From Clostridia bacterium (GTDB lineage Bacteria > Bacillota > Clostridia > JAAYHZ01), in the NCBI GenBank assembly GCA_050950825.1, contig JBMNIH010000003.1, forward strand, positions 192,001 to 256,000: a stretch of 64,000 bases of DNA. The letters are read 5' to 3'. The notes below the pieces were generated by a model. The model did no database searches and had not been told where the DNA came from. It was given only the letters and a program-made list of their open reading frames with translations. The position numbers were made by a program, and so were the translations under genes. Below are positions 8,824-18,731 of this stretch, in pieces (the stretch's first letter is position 1; every line of letters starts with the position of its first letter).

Positions 8824-11800
8824 ATGCCGAAAAGAGAAGATATCAACAAAATTATGATTATCGGTTCGGGACCGATCATCATCGGACAAGCCTGTGAATT
8901 TGATTATTCGGGAACACAAGCCTGCAAAGCATTACGAAAATTAGGATACAAGGTGGTTTTGGTAAATTCCAATCCGGCTACGATTATGACGGACCCCGGT
9001 ATGGCCGATGTCACATATATCGAGCCGTTGAATGTCAAAAGGCTGACCGGCATTATCGAGAAAGAAAGGCCGGACGCCATCCTGCCGAACTTAGGCGGGC
9101 AATCCGCATTGAATTTATGCTCGGAGCTTGCGGAAAAAGGAGTCTTGGAAAAATACCAAGTGAAAGTCATCGGCGTCGATATCGAAGCCATTAAAAGAGG
9201 AGAAGACCGCATCACTTTCAAAGAAACCATGAAGCGTTTGAATATCGAAGTACCGAGAAGCGAACCCGCTTATTCGGTAGACGAAGCCCAAGCCATTGCG
9301 GCGGAATTGGGCTATCCTGTAGTCATACGCCCGGCTTACACCTTAGGGGGAACCGGTGGCGGGCTTGTGTATAACGTGGAAGAGCTTCGTCAGGTAGCCG
9401 GCCGCGGGATTTCCGCAAGTATGATCGGACAGGTCCTGATCGAAGAATCGGTTCTAGGCTGGGAGGAGCTGGAGCTGGAGGTCGTCCGGGATCAAAAAGG
9501 ACAGAAAATTACCGTATGCTTTATCGAAAATGTGGACGCCATGGGCGTTCATACGGGAGATTCTTTCTGCGTCGCTCCCATGCTGACCATTAGCGAAGAG
9601 CTCCAAAAAAGACTGCAGAAAATGGCTTATGACATTGTGGACGAGTTGGGAATCACCGGCGGAACCAACGTACAGTTTGCCCACGATCCGGTTTCCGACC
9701 GTATCGTAGTTATTGAAATAAATCCGAGAACCTCTCGTTCTTCCGCCCTTGCTTCAAAAGCAACGGGATTTCCCATCGCCTTCGTATCCGCCATGCTGGC
9801 GACCGGCATCACATTGGACGAAATCCCCTATTGGAGAGACGGAAGCTTGGAAAAGTACACCCCGTCAGGAGATTACGTGGTGGTTAAATTCGCAAGATGG
9901 GCCTTTGAAAAATTCAAAGGAGCCCAAGACAAGCTGGGAACCCAGATGAAAGCCGTAGGGGAAGTCATGAGCATCGGAAAAACATACAAGGAAGCCCTTC
10001 ATAAAGCCATCCGCTCGTTGGAGATCGGAAGGTACGGCTTGGGGTTCGCTTCCAATTTCCATGAGCTTTCTTTGGAAGAATTGCTGAAAAAGCTGGTGGA
10101 GCCCACATCGGAAAGGCAGTTCCTTCTGTATGAGGCCTTGAGGAAAGGAGCCGACCTTGAAGAGCTGTACCGTTTGACCGGTATCAAGGTTTGGTTCCTG
10201 CAGCAGATGAAGGAGCTGGTGGAGCTTGAAGAAGAGATTTTAAAATACAAAGGGAAAGATTTGCCGGAGGATTTGCTTTTGCAAGCAAAGAAAGACGGTT
10301 TTGCCGACCGCTATTTAGCCCGGTTGCTGGATGTTAGCGAAAAGCAAATTCGAGAAAAAAGAATGGCCATAGGAATCCTCCAAGGCTACGAAGCCATCCC
10401 GGTAAGCGGTGTCGAAAATGCAGCCTACTACTACTCTACTTACCATTCAAAGGATAAAGTCGAAACAAGTACGAGAAAGAAGGTCATGGTTTTAGGAGGA
10501 GGTCCGAACCGGATCGGCCAGGGAATCGAATTCGACTACTGCTGTGTTCATGCGGCCTTCGCATTAAAGGACAAAGGATACGAAACCATTATCGTCAACT
10601 GCAACCCCGAAACGGTGTCTACGGACTACGATACCTCGGATAAGCTGTTTTTCGAGCCTTTGACAGTGGAAGACGTTTTAAGCATTTATCAAAAAGAAAA
10701 GCCTTTTGGCGTCATCGTACAATTCGGAGGACAGACGCCTTTGAATATTGCCGCCGAGCTGGAGCAAGCGAATGTCCGCATATTGGGGACAACTCCGGAT
10801 ACCATCGACCTGGCGGAGGATCGGGATCGCTTCCGTAAGATCATGCAGGATTTGGATATTCCCATGCCGGAAGCGGATATGGCATGGAACATCGACCAAG
10901 CGCTGGGTATTGCCAAAAAAATCGGCTATCCTTTAATGGTCCGTCCTTCCTACGTATTAGGAGGAAGAGGCATGGAAGTCGTACACGATGACGAAGAATT
11001 GTGTTCCTACATGGAAAACGCCGTAGGGGTAAGCCCGGATCGACCCATTTTGATTGACAAGTTCTTGGAAAACGCGGTGGAATGCGAAGCCGACGCCATT
11101 GCAGACGGAGAAAACGCATTTGTTCCGGCCATTATGGAACACATCGAGCTTGCCGGCATTCATTCCGGCGACTCCGCTTGCGTCATTCCTACCGTCGGTA
11201 TCTCCGATAAGAATGTAAAAATCATTCACGATTATACAAGCAAGATTGCCAACGCATTGAACGTTGTCGGACTGATGAATATCCAATATGCCATTGCCAA
11301 TGACAAGGTATATGTTCTGGAAGCCAACCCGCGAGCCTCTCGTACCGTGCCTTTGGTTTCGAAGGTCTGCAATATCCAAATGGCACGCATCGCCACGGAA
11401 ATCATGGTCAATGCGGCATCCGGTATTCCGAGTAAAATCGATAAATTGACCCACGCCCACATCAAGCACTTCGGCGTTAAAGAATCCGTATTTCCCTTCA
11501 ACATGTTCCCGGAGGTGGACCCGATCCTCGGTCCCGAAATGCGTTCTACGGGAGAAGTATTAGGGCTGGCTCGTTCCTTCGGCCTTGCCTATTATAAATC
11601 CCAAGAAGCGACGGGCTTAACCTTGCCGGAGGAAGGAACGGTATTGATTTCGGTGGCATACACGGACCGTCCCGCCATATTGGAAACGGCAAAGCTCTTT
11701 TACGAGATGGGATTTAAAATCCGAGCTACGAAAGGAACCCACGCTTTCTTGAAGGAAAACGGCATCGAAAGCGAGGTTATCAGTAAACTCGGAGAAGGAC

Positions 11801-12054
11801 GTCCGGATATATTGGACCATATCACCAACGGGGATATCCATCTTGTCATCAATACTCCCCTTGGAAAGGCCGGCAAGCAGGACGACTCCTACATCCGTAA
11901 AGCCGCCATTAAATGCAAAATCCCCTACATCACCACCGTAACCGGAGCCCTTGCAAGTGCAAAAGGCATCGCCGCATACAGGAACAACAAAAAGTCGGCT
12001 ACGGAGGTTCTTTCTCTGCAGGAGTATCATAAAGAAATTTGGTACGGGGATTAA
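8824..12054 (+). CDS. carB: Carbamoyl-phosphate synthetase large subunit (no adjacent carA)
   Basis: IGSGPIIIGQACEFDYSG, two ATP-grasp domains (HTGDS/HSGDS, EINPR/EANPR), MGS domain. Confidence 0.97.
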   Translation: MPKREDINKIMIIGSGPIIIGQACEFDYSGTQACKALRKLGYKVVLVNSNPATIMTDPGMADVTYIEPLNVKRLTGIIEKERPDAILPNLGGQSALNLCSELAEKGVLEKYQVKVIGVDIEAIKRGEDRITFKETMKRLNIEVPRSEPAYSVDEAQAIAAELGYPVVIRPAYTLGGTGGGLVYNVEELRQVAGRGISASMIGQVLIEESVLGWEELELEVVRDQKGQKITVCFIENVDAMGVHTGDSFCVAPMLTISEELQKRLQKMAYDIVDELGITGGTNVQFAHDPVSDRIVVIEINPRTSRSSALASKATGFPIAFVSAMLATGITLDEIPYWRDGSLEKYTPSGDYVVVKFARWAFEKFKGAQDKLGTQMKAVGEVMSIGKTYKEALHKAIRSLEIGRYGLGFASNFHELSLEELLKKLVEPTSERQFLLYEALRKGADLEELYRLTGIKVWFLQQMKELVELEEEILKYKGKDLPEDLLLQAKKDGFADRYLARLLDVSEKQIREKRMAIGILQGYEAIPVSGVENAAYYYSTYHSKDKVETSTRKKVMVLGGGPNRIGQGIEFDYCCVHAAFALKDKGYETIIVNCNPETVSTDYDTSDKLFFEPLTVEDVLSIYQKEKPFGVIVQFGGQTPLNIAAELEQANVRILGTTPDTIDLAEDRDRFRKIMQDLDIPMPEADMAWNIDQALGIAKKIGYPLMVRPSYVLGGRGMEVVHDDEELCSYMENAVGVSPDRPILIDKFLENAVECEADAIADGENAFVPAIMEHIELAGIHSGDSACVIPTVGISDKNVKIIHDYTSKIANALNVVGLMNIQYAIANDKVYVLEANPRASRTVPLVSKVCNIQMARIATEIMVNAASGIPSKIDKLTHAHIKHFGVKESVFPFNMFPEVDPILGPEMRSTGEVLGLARSFGLAYYKSQEATGLTLPEEGTVLISVAYTDRPAILETAKLFYEMGFKIRATKGTHAFLKENGIESEVISKLGEGRPDILDHITNGDIHLVINTPLGKAGKQDDSYIRKAAIKCKIPYITTVTGALASAKGIAAYRNNKKSATEVLSLQEYHKEIWYGD

Positions 12055-12076
12055 AGAGAAACATCGATACAAATCC

Positions 12077-12114
12077 AAATCCGGATTTTCTCGAAGGGGA
12101 AAATCCGGATTTTT
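12077..12114 (+). terminator. Intrinsic terminator after carB
   Basis: AAATCCGGATTTTC...GAAAATCCGGATTTTT inverted repeat. Confidence 0.75.
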
Positions 12115-12242
12115 ATGTAATATTTCTAGAATATACCATGGTTACACTTTGCATTTCCCCTTGGTATTGATAATAGATTTATCGGGAAGTATTCTTTTGT
12201 TATCATTCGACATATCTTTAGAAACCGTGCGAGGTATACGAA

Positions 12243-12819
12243 ATGATGAAAAATCATTTTAAACGTTTCATTTCCATACTTGTACTGTCCTTGATTGTAT
12301 CTTGTGCGGGACAAAACAACGACGGTTCCAAGTACCTGCCTACAGCCGGAGAAAGCTCTTTATTTCATGAATTGGCTGATGACGGATCCGGATGCTTCCG
12401 ACATATTGACCTTCGGGTCGAATATGATGAATTTGAAGCATTATCGCTTTTCCGACGACGGCACCATCATACCTGAAAAAGATAACCTTATTTACGGCTA
12501 TTACAGCCTTGTGGCCGGTTTCACGAGCAAAGCTTTTTTATGCGGCAACGAGCAGTTCGACATCAGCAAAATATATCGAGAAAAAACCTATTATGCGGAA
12601 ATTCCGCCGTTTTATAAAAAATTGGCGGATCAACATACTTATATCAATTATTTGCAAAATTTCTATGTAAGCAATGAATACGACATCAAAAAAAGACACC
12701 AAAGTATCGTAAAAATTCCGGATGACCTTATCAACAATCCCCAAAGCTCGTTATCACCGAAAAGAAATGATAAGAAAAATCGAGGAATCCGGAATCGAAA
12801 TATACGGGGATTGATTTAA
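12243..12819 (+). pseudogene. Fragmented solute-binding lipoprotein remnant
   Basis: Signal/lipobox (LIVSC) in one frame; PEKALYFMNWL...ILTFG...HY typical of SBP C-terminal halves in another. Confidence 0.5.
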
Positions 12820-12849
12820 AACAACTCGTCCAACAAACAATAGTACTTT

Positions 12850-13130
12850 ATTTTCCCCTCTTCCCCAATCGATAAAACCTCTAACCCTGCCTCGGGATAC
12901 GAATATTTCGGGTAAGCAGAAATCACCGTGGCAAAACACCGTATCGGAAGGAGGCCGGTTGTTTTTCAGTCTGTATTCGGCTTCTTTGAGCTTTTCTTCC
13001 AAACCGTTAGGGAAAGGATAATCCGAAGGATCCATCTCCCAAAGCATTTTTAAAGCTTTGACCGTATCCTCCGGGTTCTTTAAGTTTTTATCCGAATCCT
13101 TATCCATTTTTATCACCGTATCGTCAAAAA
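12850..13130 (-). pseudogene. Aminoglycoside phosphotransferase (APH)-like fragment
   Basis: VFCHGDFCLPEIFV...GFIDWGRG catalytic motifs; lacks the N-lobe and C-terminus. Confidence 0.65.
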
Positions 13131-13226
13131 GCAAAACGGTAGACCCGGACAGCCTATTCGGTCTTGTATCACGTTTTTTTCCTTTATCCGTTTTGCTATA
13201 TCTTTTTTTCGGGAATAAAAAAGGGC

Positions 13227-13264
13227 AAAAAAAAGCCGGGTGAACAGCACACGTCCTACCCGGG
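13227..13264 (-). terminator. Intrinsic terminator after the candidate ncRNA
   Basis: Minus strand CCGGGT...ACCCGG followed by C and 8 T. Confidence 0.75.
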
Positions 13265-13287
13265 TGTGGTGTGTAGGGCAGCTGGTG

Positions 13288-13447
13288 TTGAATAAATAAG
13301 TCTTCTTTCGCATAGCACGGATTGAACGAACCATGAATGATGAGAGGGATGTACGGGTTAAGTGGAATCATTAGAATGTGTGACAGATAGCACAAAGCTC
13401 ATCGGGGTTCCTCTGGGAAGACGGTGCTATGCATACGACTTATTCAA
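13288..13447 (-). ncRNA. Candidate structured ncRNA (rod-like, unassigned family)
   Basis: Nested helices AAUAAGUC/GACUUAUU, GCAUAGCAC/GUGCUAUGC, GAACC/GGUUC, GAUGAG/CUCAUC, UGUGC/GUACA; terminator follows; no credible ORF. Confidence 0.6.
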
Positions 13448-13644
13448 TTGTTACAGCGTACCAAAATATAATCCTCATATATCATAATTTTATGTCATGC
13501 CATAAATGGAATTTTGGATATAAAGAAAACCCCATTTAGTAGCAGTGGTATCGTACGGTTTAAATATCCCATAACGAGATACGTTGTTTAATCCTACAAA
13601 AAAAGCGCAGGTTAAACATCGAAAACTTAAACACAACGCTTGGA

Positions 13645-13750
13645 CCACTCCTACGGGGTTAGCTGACGGGTTCGGGTAGCCAAGTAACCCTACCTATAAA
13701 AGGATTCACCCCAAAGTTGGACCCCCCGCTTCTAACGAAGAATTCGGAGA
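13645..13750 (-). promoter_or_regulatory. c-di-AMP riboswitch (ydaO/yuaA class)
   Basis: Minus strand AGCGGGGGGUCCAAC..UUGGGGUGAAUCC..GUAGGG..CCCGAACCCGUCAGCUAACCCCGUAGG; hairpin plus U-run at ~13597-13640; TTGACT promoter-like site at 13817-13822. Confidence 0.92.
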
Positions 13751-13887
13751 TATGTTATTCAATTAAAATTCGAAACAACTATGTTCGTAACTATAGCATA
13801 CCGGAAATATCCCGATAGTCAAGTACTTTTTTCTAAAAATCTTGCACAAAATACAAATACAAAGTACATATGAACAACCGTCCTGCA

Positions 13888-14565
13888 TTAATCGTGGGTA
13901 ACCTTTCTTACCCCTTCCACCTCATAGAGCCGGTTGATCAACTCCGGCTGCTTGCATTGGCGAAATTGCTCGTTGTACAAGACCTTCAGCAAAACGTCTT
14001 TTTCCTTTGTTTCGCGGTTAAAATAGATGGAATCGATAGGAAGCCCTTCATCCTCCAATATATGAAGCACCTTATCGATCATGCCTCCTTCATTTTTCAT
14101 GTTGATATATAAAGCACGGGTATAGCCTCTGTAAGGTATCTTTTTTTCAATTTTCTTAAGAAACATTAAGGTTAAGTACAAAAGCGCCGTAGCCACTGCC
14201 GCTCCTAAGATGTATCCTCCGCCTACCGCTAATCCGACACAGGCAACGGACCAAAGGCTGGCTGCCGTCGTCAAGCCTCGTACCTTAAAATCGTCTTTAA
14301 TAATCGTACCCGCTCCAAGAAAACCGATACCGCTGATGACTTGGGCTCCTAAACGAGTAGGGTCAAAATTCAACTTTCCTTCATACATCATCAGCATATA
14401 CTGAGCCGTCAGCATAACCAACGACGAAGCGACACAAACCAATATATGGGTTCGAAAGCCCGCCGGGCGGCTGGGGTTTTCTCTTTCAAAGCCGATAATT
14501 CCTCCGAACAAGGCTGCCAATAGCAGTCTTGCCATCATAATGTACCAATGCGAATTCATGACCAA
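13888..14565 (-). CDS. MgtC/SapB family membrane protein with ACT-like C-terminus
   Basis: IGFERE...PAGFRTH, AQVISGIGFLGAG, GLTTAA. Confidence 0.9.
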   Translation of the reverse strand: MVMNSHWYIMMARLLLAALFGGIIGFERENPSRPAGFRTHILVCVASSLVMLTAQYMLMMYEGKLNFDPTRLGAQVISGIGFLGAGTIIKDDFKVRGLTTAASLWSVACVGLAVGGGYILGAAVATALLYLTLMFLKKIEKKIPYRGYTRALYINMKNEGGMIDKVLHILEDEGLPIDSIYFNRETKEKDVLLKVLYNEQFRQCKQPELINRLYEVEGVRKVTHD

Positions 14566-14640
14566 CTTCTTTCCTTCCTATTCTATTATTACCATATTCT
14601 TTGATTTCGCCGTTAATACATAAATAAAATCGAATCCTCT

Positions 14641-15483
14641 TTACGATTGAATAAGGACTCCGTAATAGCCGAAGAACCGAAGCCAAACAACGGCAAAAGA
14701 AGCTTCCAAAGGATCCGATCCGTAGACCAACAGGAAAAGAGGCGGCAGATTTTCAAATTGCAGATGCATACCCGGACCAAAGGGAATCAAGATCGATTGC
14801 TCGAAATAAGGAGGCGGATCGGCATTTTCGGAGTCAATGCATAGAAAGATTTTGTCTTCCTCCTTGTTTTCGTACATGAAAAGGGCGTCTTCCGGATAAA
14901 CCGTATATCGGTCCATCATACTGTCTTTTAAAAGGTCCATTTCTTCAAAGAACCGCTTGATGGCAAGTCGAACCTCCTCGCTAATATCGGGAGGGGGGAC
15001 TTGGTGAAATCGTTCTCGGCCTTTGGTCATCATCGGCTTTGCACTTTCCAAAAGAGCAATCTCCTCCCAACCGGCGTCCACTCCCTTAACGGAATACCCC
15101 GCCAAGGCCAAAAGCGCCGTAGCCATGAAGGACTCCTCCTTGTTATAGGAATAGACCAAAATCGGGCGGGACTGAGGCACACGGTCAATAAACGCCCATA
15201 AATCCATTCCCCACGGAATGTTTCTCGCATAGCTGATATGCTCCGCTTCGTAATCCTCCGCTTCTCGTAAGTCGATGATAAATACATCCGGGTTGGCCTT
15301 TACCGAATAGATGAAATCCTCCGAGCCGATACGGTAAGCATCTTTGTCAAAGTTTTCGAAGAATCGGACGACCGAAGCTTCCAAAGGCGGTTTTTCTTCC
15401 GAACAAGAACAAAAAGTCGCGGCTGTAAAAACCGATAAAAGGATTAGGACAATAGTTTTTATGCGTACTTTCAAAATACTCAC
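14641..15483 (-). CDS. Tandem rhodanese-like domain lipoprotein
   Basis: IIDLREAEDYEAEHISYARNIP; lipobox-like FCSC; active-site Cys absent in both repeats. Confidence 0.65.
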   Translation of the reverse strand: MSILKVRIKTIVLILLSVFTAATFCSCSEEKPPLEASVVRFFENFDKDAYRIGSEDFIYSVKANPDVFIIDLREAEDYEAEHISYARNIPWGMDLWAFIDRVPQSRPILVYSYNKEESFMATALLALAGYSVKGVDAGWEEIALLESAKPMMTKGRERFHQVPPPDISEEVRLAIKRFFEEMDLLKDSMMDRYTVYPEDALFMYENKEEDKIFLCIDSENADPPPYFEQSILIPFGPGMHLQFENLPPLFLLVYGSDPLEASFAVVWLRFFGYYGVLIQS

Positions 15484-15498
15484 ACCTTTTTATCAGAA

Positions 15499-16695
15499 TT
15501 ATTGCGCCAGCAACTCTTGCAAGAACATGGCCGCAGCTCCTAAAGAGATGGCATGGTCGCCGAAATACCCCAATCGCTTGAAGAGAATGCTTGTATCCCC
15601 CAAGTAGCTTTTCCTCAACGCGTGTTCCGATGCAATTTCGTAATACAAAGACGAATGCTTGTTTAAAGGTCCGCTCAGTATGATAATGTCCGGGTTGAAC
15701 AGATTCATAAAGTTGGCCAATCCGGTTCCTAAAACCAAGGCCGCATGGATGATCACTTCCCGCGACAGCTCGTCTCCTTCATCGGCGGCTTCGCAGATAT
15801 CGATAAAACCGATTTTCTCCAAAGGCTTGTTAATGGATTTTCGCCCTTTTTTCACTTCGGAAACGTACTTTTTTACAATTCCTGCAGCGGAACTGTATAC
15901 CTCCACGCATCCGTAATTACCGCAGTGACATTTTTCGCCGTCAATATCCACCGTCATGTGCCCGAAAGCATCCTCGATGTTGTTCATGGTCCGTATGATA
16001 TTGCCGTTGTTGATGACCCCGGTGCGAAGACCGATGCCGCAGTTGAAATAGGCTACGTTTCGGTAATCCTTCCCGTAACCGAACTTGGATTCCAATAAAA
16101 CGGCACAGTTTGCACCGTTATCTATACGAACGGTTAAGCCTAGTTGTTTATGCAGCATATCGCATATTCGTACATCCGACCAACCGGGTGCCAAAAAGGA
16201 ATCCGGATTAATCAAAACACCCTTTTCCCGGTCCAACGGACCTACCGCTCCGAGCCCTGCGCCCAAAATGTCCCTTTTATCAAGACCCGCTTCCGAAAGC
16301 ATGTCTTCAAAACAGGAAGCAATCTTTGAAACGGTCCTATCCGGCAAGTAAGTCTCGTCCATGGTAAAGCGTCTTTTCGCCAAGATATCCATTTTCATGT
16401 TGGACAGAACAAGATCCGTATAGCTTCTGGAGATATCAATCCCCAGCAAATAGCACATACCGGGATTCACGTCATATAAAAGGGGTTTTCTTCCTCCGGT
16501 GGATTCATCGATTCCTGCAGGTACAACGAGATTCCGATCCAGCAAAGGTTTCATGACACGATTTAAGGTACTTAATGTCAACCCCGTTTTCTGCATAATG
16601 GAATTCTTCGTTAATAGCGGGTTGTTAAGTACGACTCGAAAAACCTTTTTTGAATCGTCATCCAAATCTCGAATATAAGACAGCATATCCTGCAT
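15499..16695 (-). CDS. ROK-family transcriptional repressor
   Basis: N-terminal HTH (STGGRKP), FGHMTVD...CHCGNYGCVE. Confidence 0.9.
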   Translation of the reverse strand: MQDMLSYIRDLDDDSKKVFRVVLNNPLLTKNSIMQKTGLTLSTLNRVMKPLLDRNLVVPAGIDESTGGRKPLLYDVNPGMCYLLGIDISRSYTDLVLSNMKMDILAKRRFTMDETYLPDRTVSKIASCFEDMLSEAGLDKRDILGAGLGAVGPLDREKGVLINPDSFLAPGWSDVRICDMLHKQLGLTVRIDNGANCAVLLESKFGYGKDYRNVAYFNCGIGLRTGVINNGNIIRTMNNIEDAFGHMTVDIDGEKCHCGNYGCVEVYSSAAGIVKKYVSEVKKGRKSINKPLEKIGFIDICEAADEGDELSREVIIHAALVLGTGLANFMNLFNPDIIILSGPLNKHSSLYYEIASEHALRKSYLGDTSILFKRLGYFGDHAISLGAAAMFLQELLAQ

Positions 16696-16898
16696 TCCGA
16701 CACCTGATTTTTCCTTTATTTTATTCGATTATACTCAGTTTTTTCCGTAAATTCAAGTTTACATCGATTAATCGCATGGTAATCATACGTAATTTTCGGA
16801 TTTTTTATATATCCTAGTGAATTTTCCGGCGGCTGTATGATAGTATTTCTATAGGATGAATGTTTCCCGTGAAGATAAGGCGAAGGAGGTTTGTTCGG

Positions 16899-18464
16899 AT
16901 GAGCGAGTATAAAGAGCTTATGGCCTTAAAAGAAAAAGCCATGTCGAGAAGGAGGGACGTCATATTCGATAATGACGGCGGCGACGTGTTTTACTACAGC
17001 AGCGAAACGAAGCCGGAGGATTTGTTAAGGTCAAGAACCGTCCCCGCATTGGATGCCGGGGTCGACACCTATGTGTATACGACCGGTTGGGGGTTCGGCA
17101 TCGGACTTCACGACAGTAAAGTAGGCAGTGTTTTAACGACAAAAAGAGGAATCGCAAAGGACAACAAAACCGGAGATTTTTTAAAGCTCGGAACGGACTG
17201 TTTAAGGATTACCTCCGAGTACGTGAAAAAAAGAGGGGTGGAGTTTTTCTGGGGAATGAGAATGAACGACACCCACGATGCCGGATACGATAACATCCAT
17301 ATGGACGGAAACAAATTTAAGCAGGAAAACCCCGACGTTTGGTTCGGTAAAGGAATCAAGCACGGTGCCTACACCGCCGTGGATTATAAATCCGAGAAGG
17401 TAAGAGAATTTGCATTGGCATACATTATGGATACGGTTGACCGTTACGATATCGACGGTGTTTTCTTGGACTTTTTCCGACATCCTATATTCTTCCGAAG
17501 CAATGCCATGGGTGAAAAGGCAACGGAAGAAGAAACGAATTTGATGACGGATTTTATGGAAAAGGTTTATCTTGCCATGAACGAACGAAGGCTTCGGGAC
17601 CAAAAGTATTATCTCATCGCCGTTCGCGTTCCGGATTCCGTAGAGTATTCTTTGGCCATCGGATTGGACATTGAAAAGTGGCTTAAAAAAGGATTAGTCG
17701 ACCTTTTTTCCGTAGCGAGCTATTTGCAATTCAATGACTGGACCTACAGCGCCGACTTGGCCAAAAAATATGACGTTCCCGTATATCCTTCCTTAGACGA
17801 ATCCCGAGTTCAGGATGCCTATTCCAGATACAAAAGGAACTGTTTGAAAGCCTATTACGGTCGGATCATGCACGTTTGGGATTCCGGCTGCAACGGTGTT
17901 TTCATGTTTAACAACTCGGGGCTCAAAGATCCCTACCACAACGTGGTTCCGAACAATTGGTTCCTTGATGATGCCGGCGATTTTCGAAAGGCGCTGGAGG
18001 TTACCGCAAGAGGAAAGGATTTCGTAAACACCTTGTCGAAAAGATACTTTACAAGCTTTCGAGGCTCCGGACGCGTTGCAGGCGGATCGTTACCTCATGC
18101 CCGCTATATCAATATTCCCGTTTTGAATCGAAAAGAACCCATCGAAACGTACAAAGGGCCGGCCAATTCCATTCCCATTCGGATATCCGACGACCTTGAT
18201 GAAAATCGTAAAAATCGTATTGTACCCAAAGCAACGTTTTTCATGACGATTTCCGAACAGCCGAATGATCTTCAAATCCGCTGCAACGGCATACCCCTTT
18301 CTTACGAATTTACCTATCTTCAGGATGAAAATGCCGATACGGGGCAATATCTTTTAAAAGGAATATTGCCCGACGGCTCTTTACGAAAAGGTCAAAATGA
18401 ATTTGTCGTTTCAGGGCAAAGCCTTTCCGTATACGATCTTTGGATCGATTTGGACTACGAATAA
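16899..18464 (+). CDS. Putative TIM-barrel glycoside hydrolase (GH10-like/DUF187-type)
   Basis: RMNDTH, YDIDGVFLDFFRHP, GLDIEKW; AAGGAGG RBS at 16883. Confidence 0.6.
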   Translation: MSEYKELMALKEKAMSRRRDVIFDNDGGDVFYYSSETKPEDLLRSRTVPALDAGVDTYVYTTGWGFGIGLHDSKVGSVLTTKRGIAKDNKTGDFLKLGTDCLRITSEYVKKRGVEFFWGMRMNDTHDAGYDNIHMDGNKFKQENPDVWFGKGIKHGAYTAVDYKSEKVREFALAYIMDTVDRYDIDGVFLDFFRHPIFFRSNAMGEKATEEETNLMTDFMEKVYLAMNERRLRDQKYYLIAVRVPDSVEYSLAIGLDIEKWLKKGLVDLFSVASYLQFNDWTYSADLAKKYDVPVYPSLDESRVQDAYSRYKRNCLKAYYGRIMHVWDSGCNGVFMFNNSGLKDPYHNVVPNNWFLDDAGDFRKALEVTARGKDFVNTLSKRYFTSFRGSGRVAGGSLPHARYINIPVLNRKEPIETYKGPANSIPIRISDDLDENRKNRIVPKATFFMTISEQPNDLQIRCNGIPLSYEFTYLQDENADTGQYLLKGILPDGSLRKGQNEFVVSGQSLSVYDLWIDLDYE

Positions 18465-18731
18465 CCGATTCGGTATATTCCGAAAAACCGATTCCGTACA
18501 CGGATTTTTACCGCGTACGGAATCTTTTTGTTTTTACCTCTGCCTTTTTTACATATCAAGTATATTTCCATTGTTCCATCCATTAGATACAGCTGTTATT
18601 TAAAGTAACTTGTTAGTTTAAGATTTTGGACATAATTATATATTTTAAGTCCATAATCTTAATTTACAGCTATTGATTAATCAGGTACAATTATTGCAGG
18701 GGTTACAATCTATTTTAAGGAGGGGTATTAA

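Noticed and set aside
12754-13395. 213-aa ORF as a real gene
   Set aside because: It runs through the structured RNA and terminator into the APH fragment, with no RBS
13288-13447. Retron msr-msd interpretation of the terminal inverted repeats
   Set aside because: No adjacent retron-type RT
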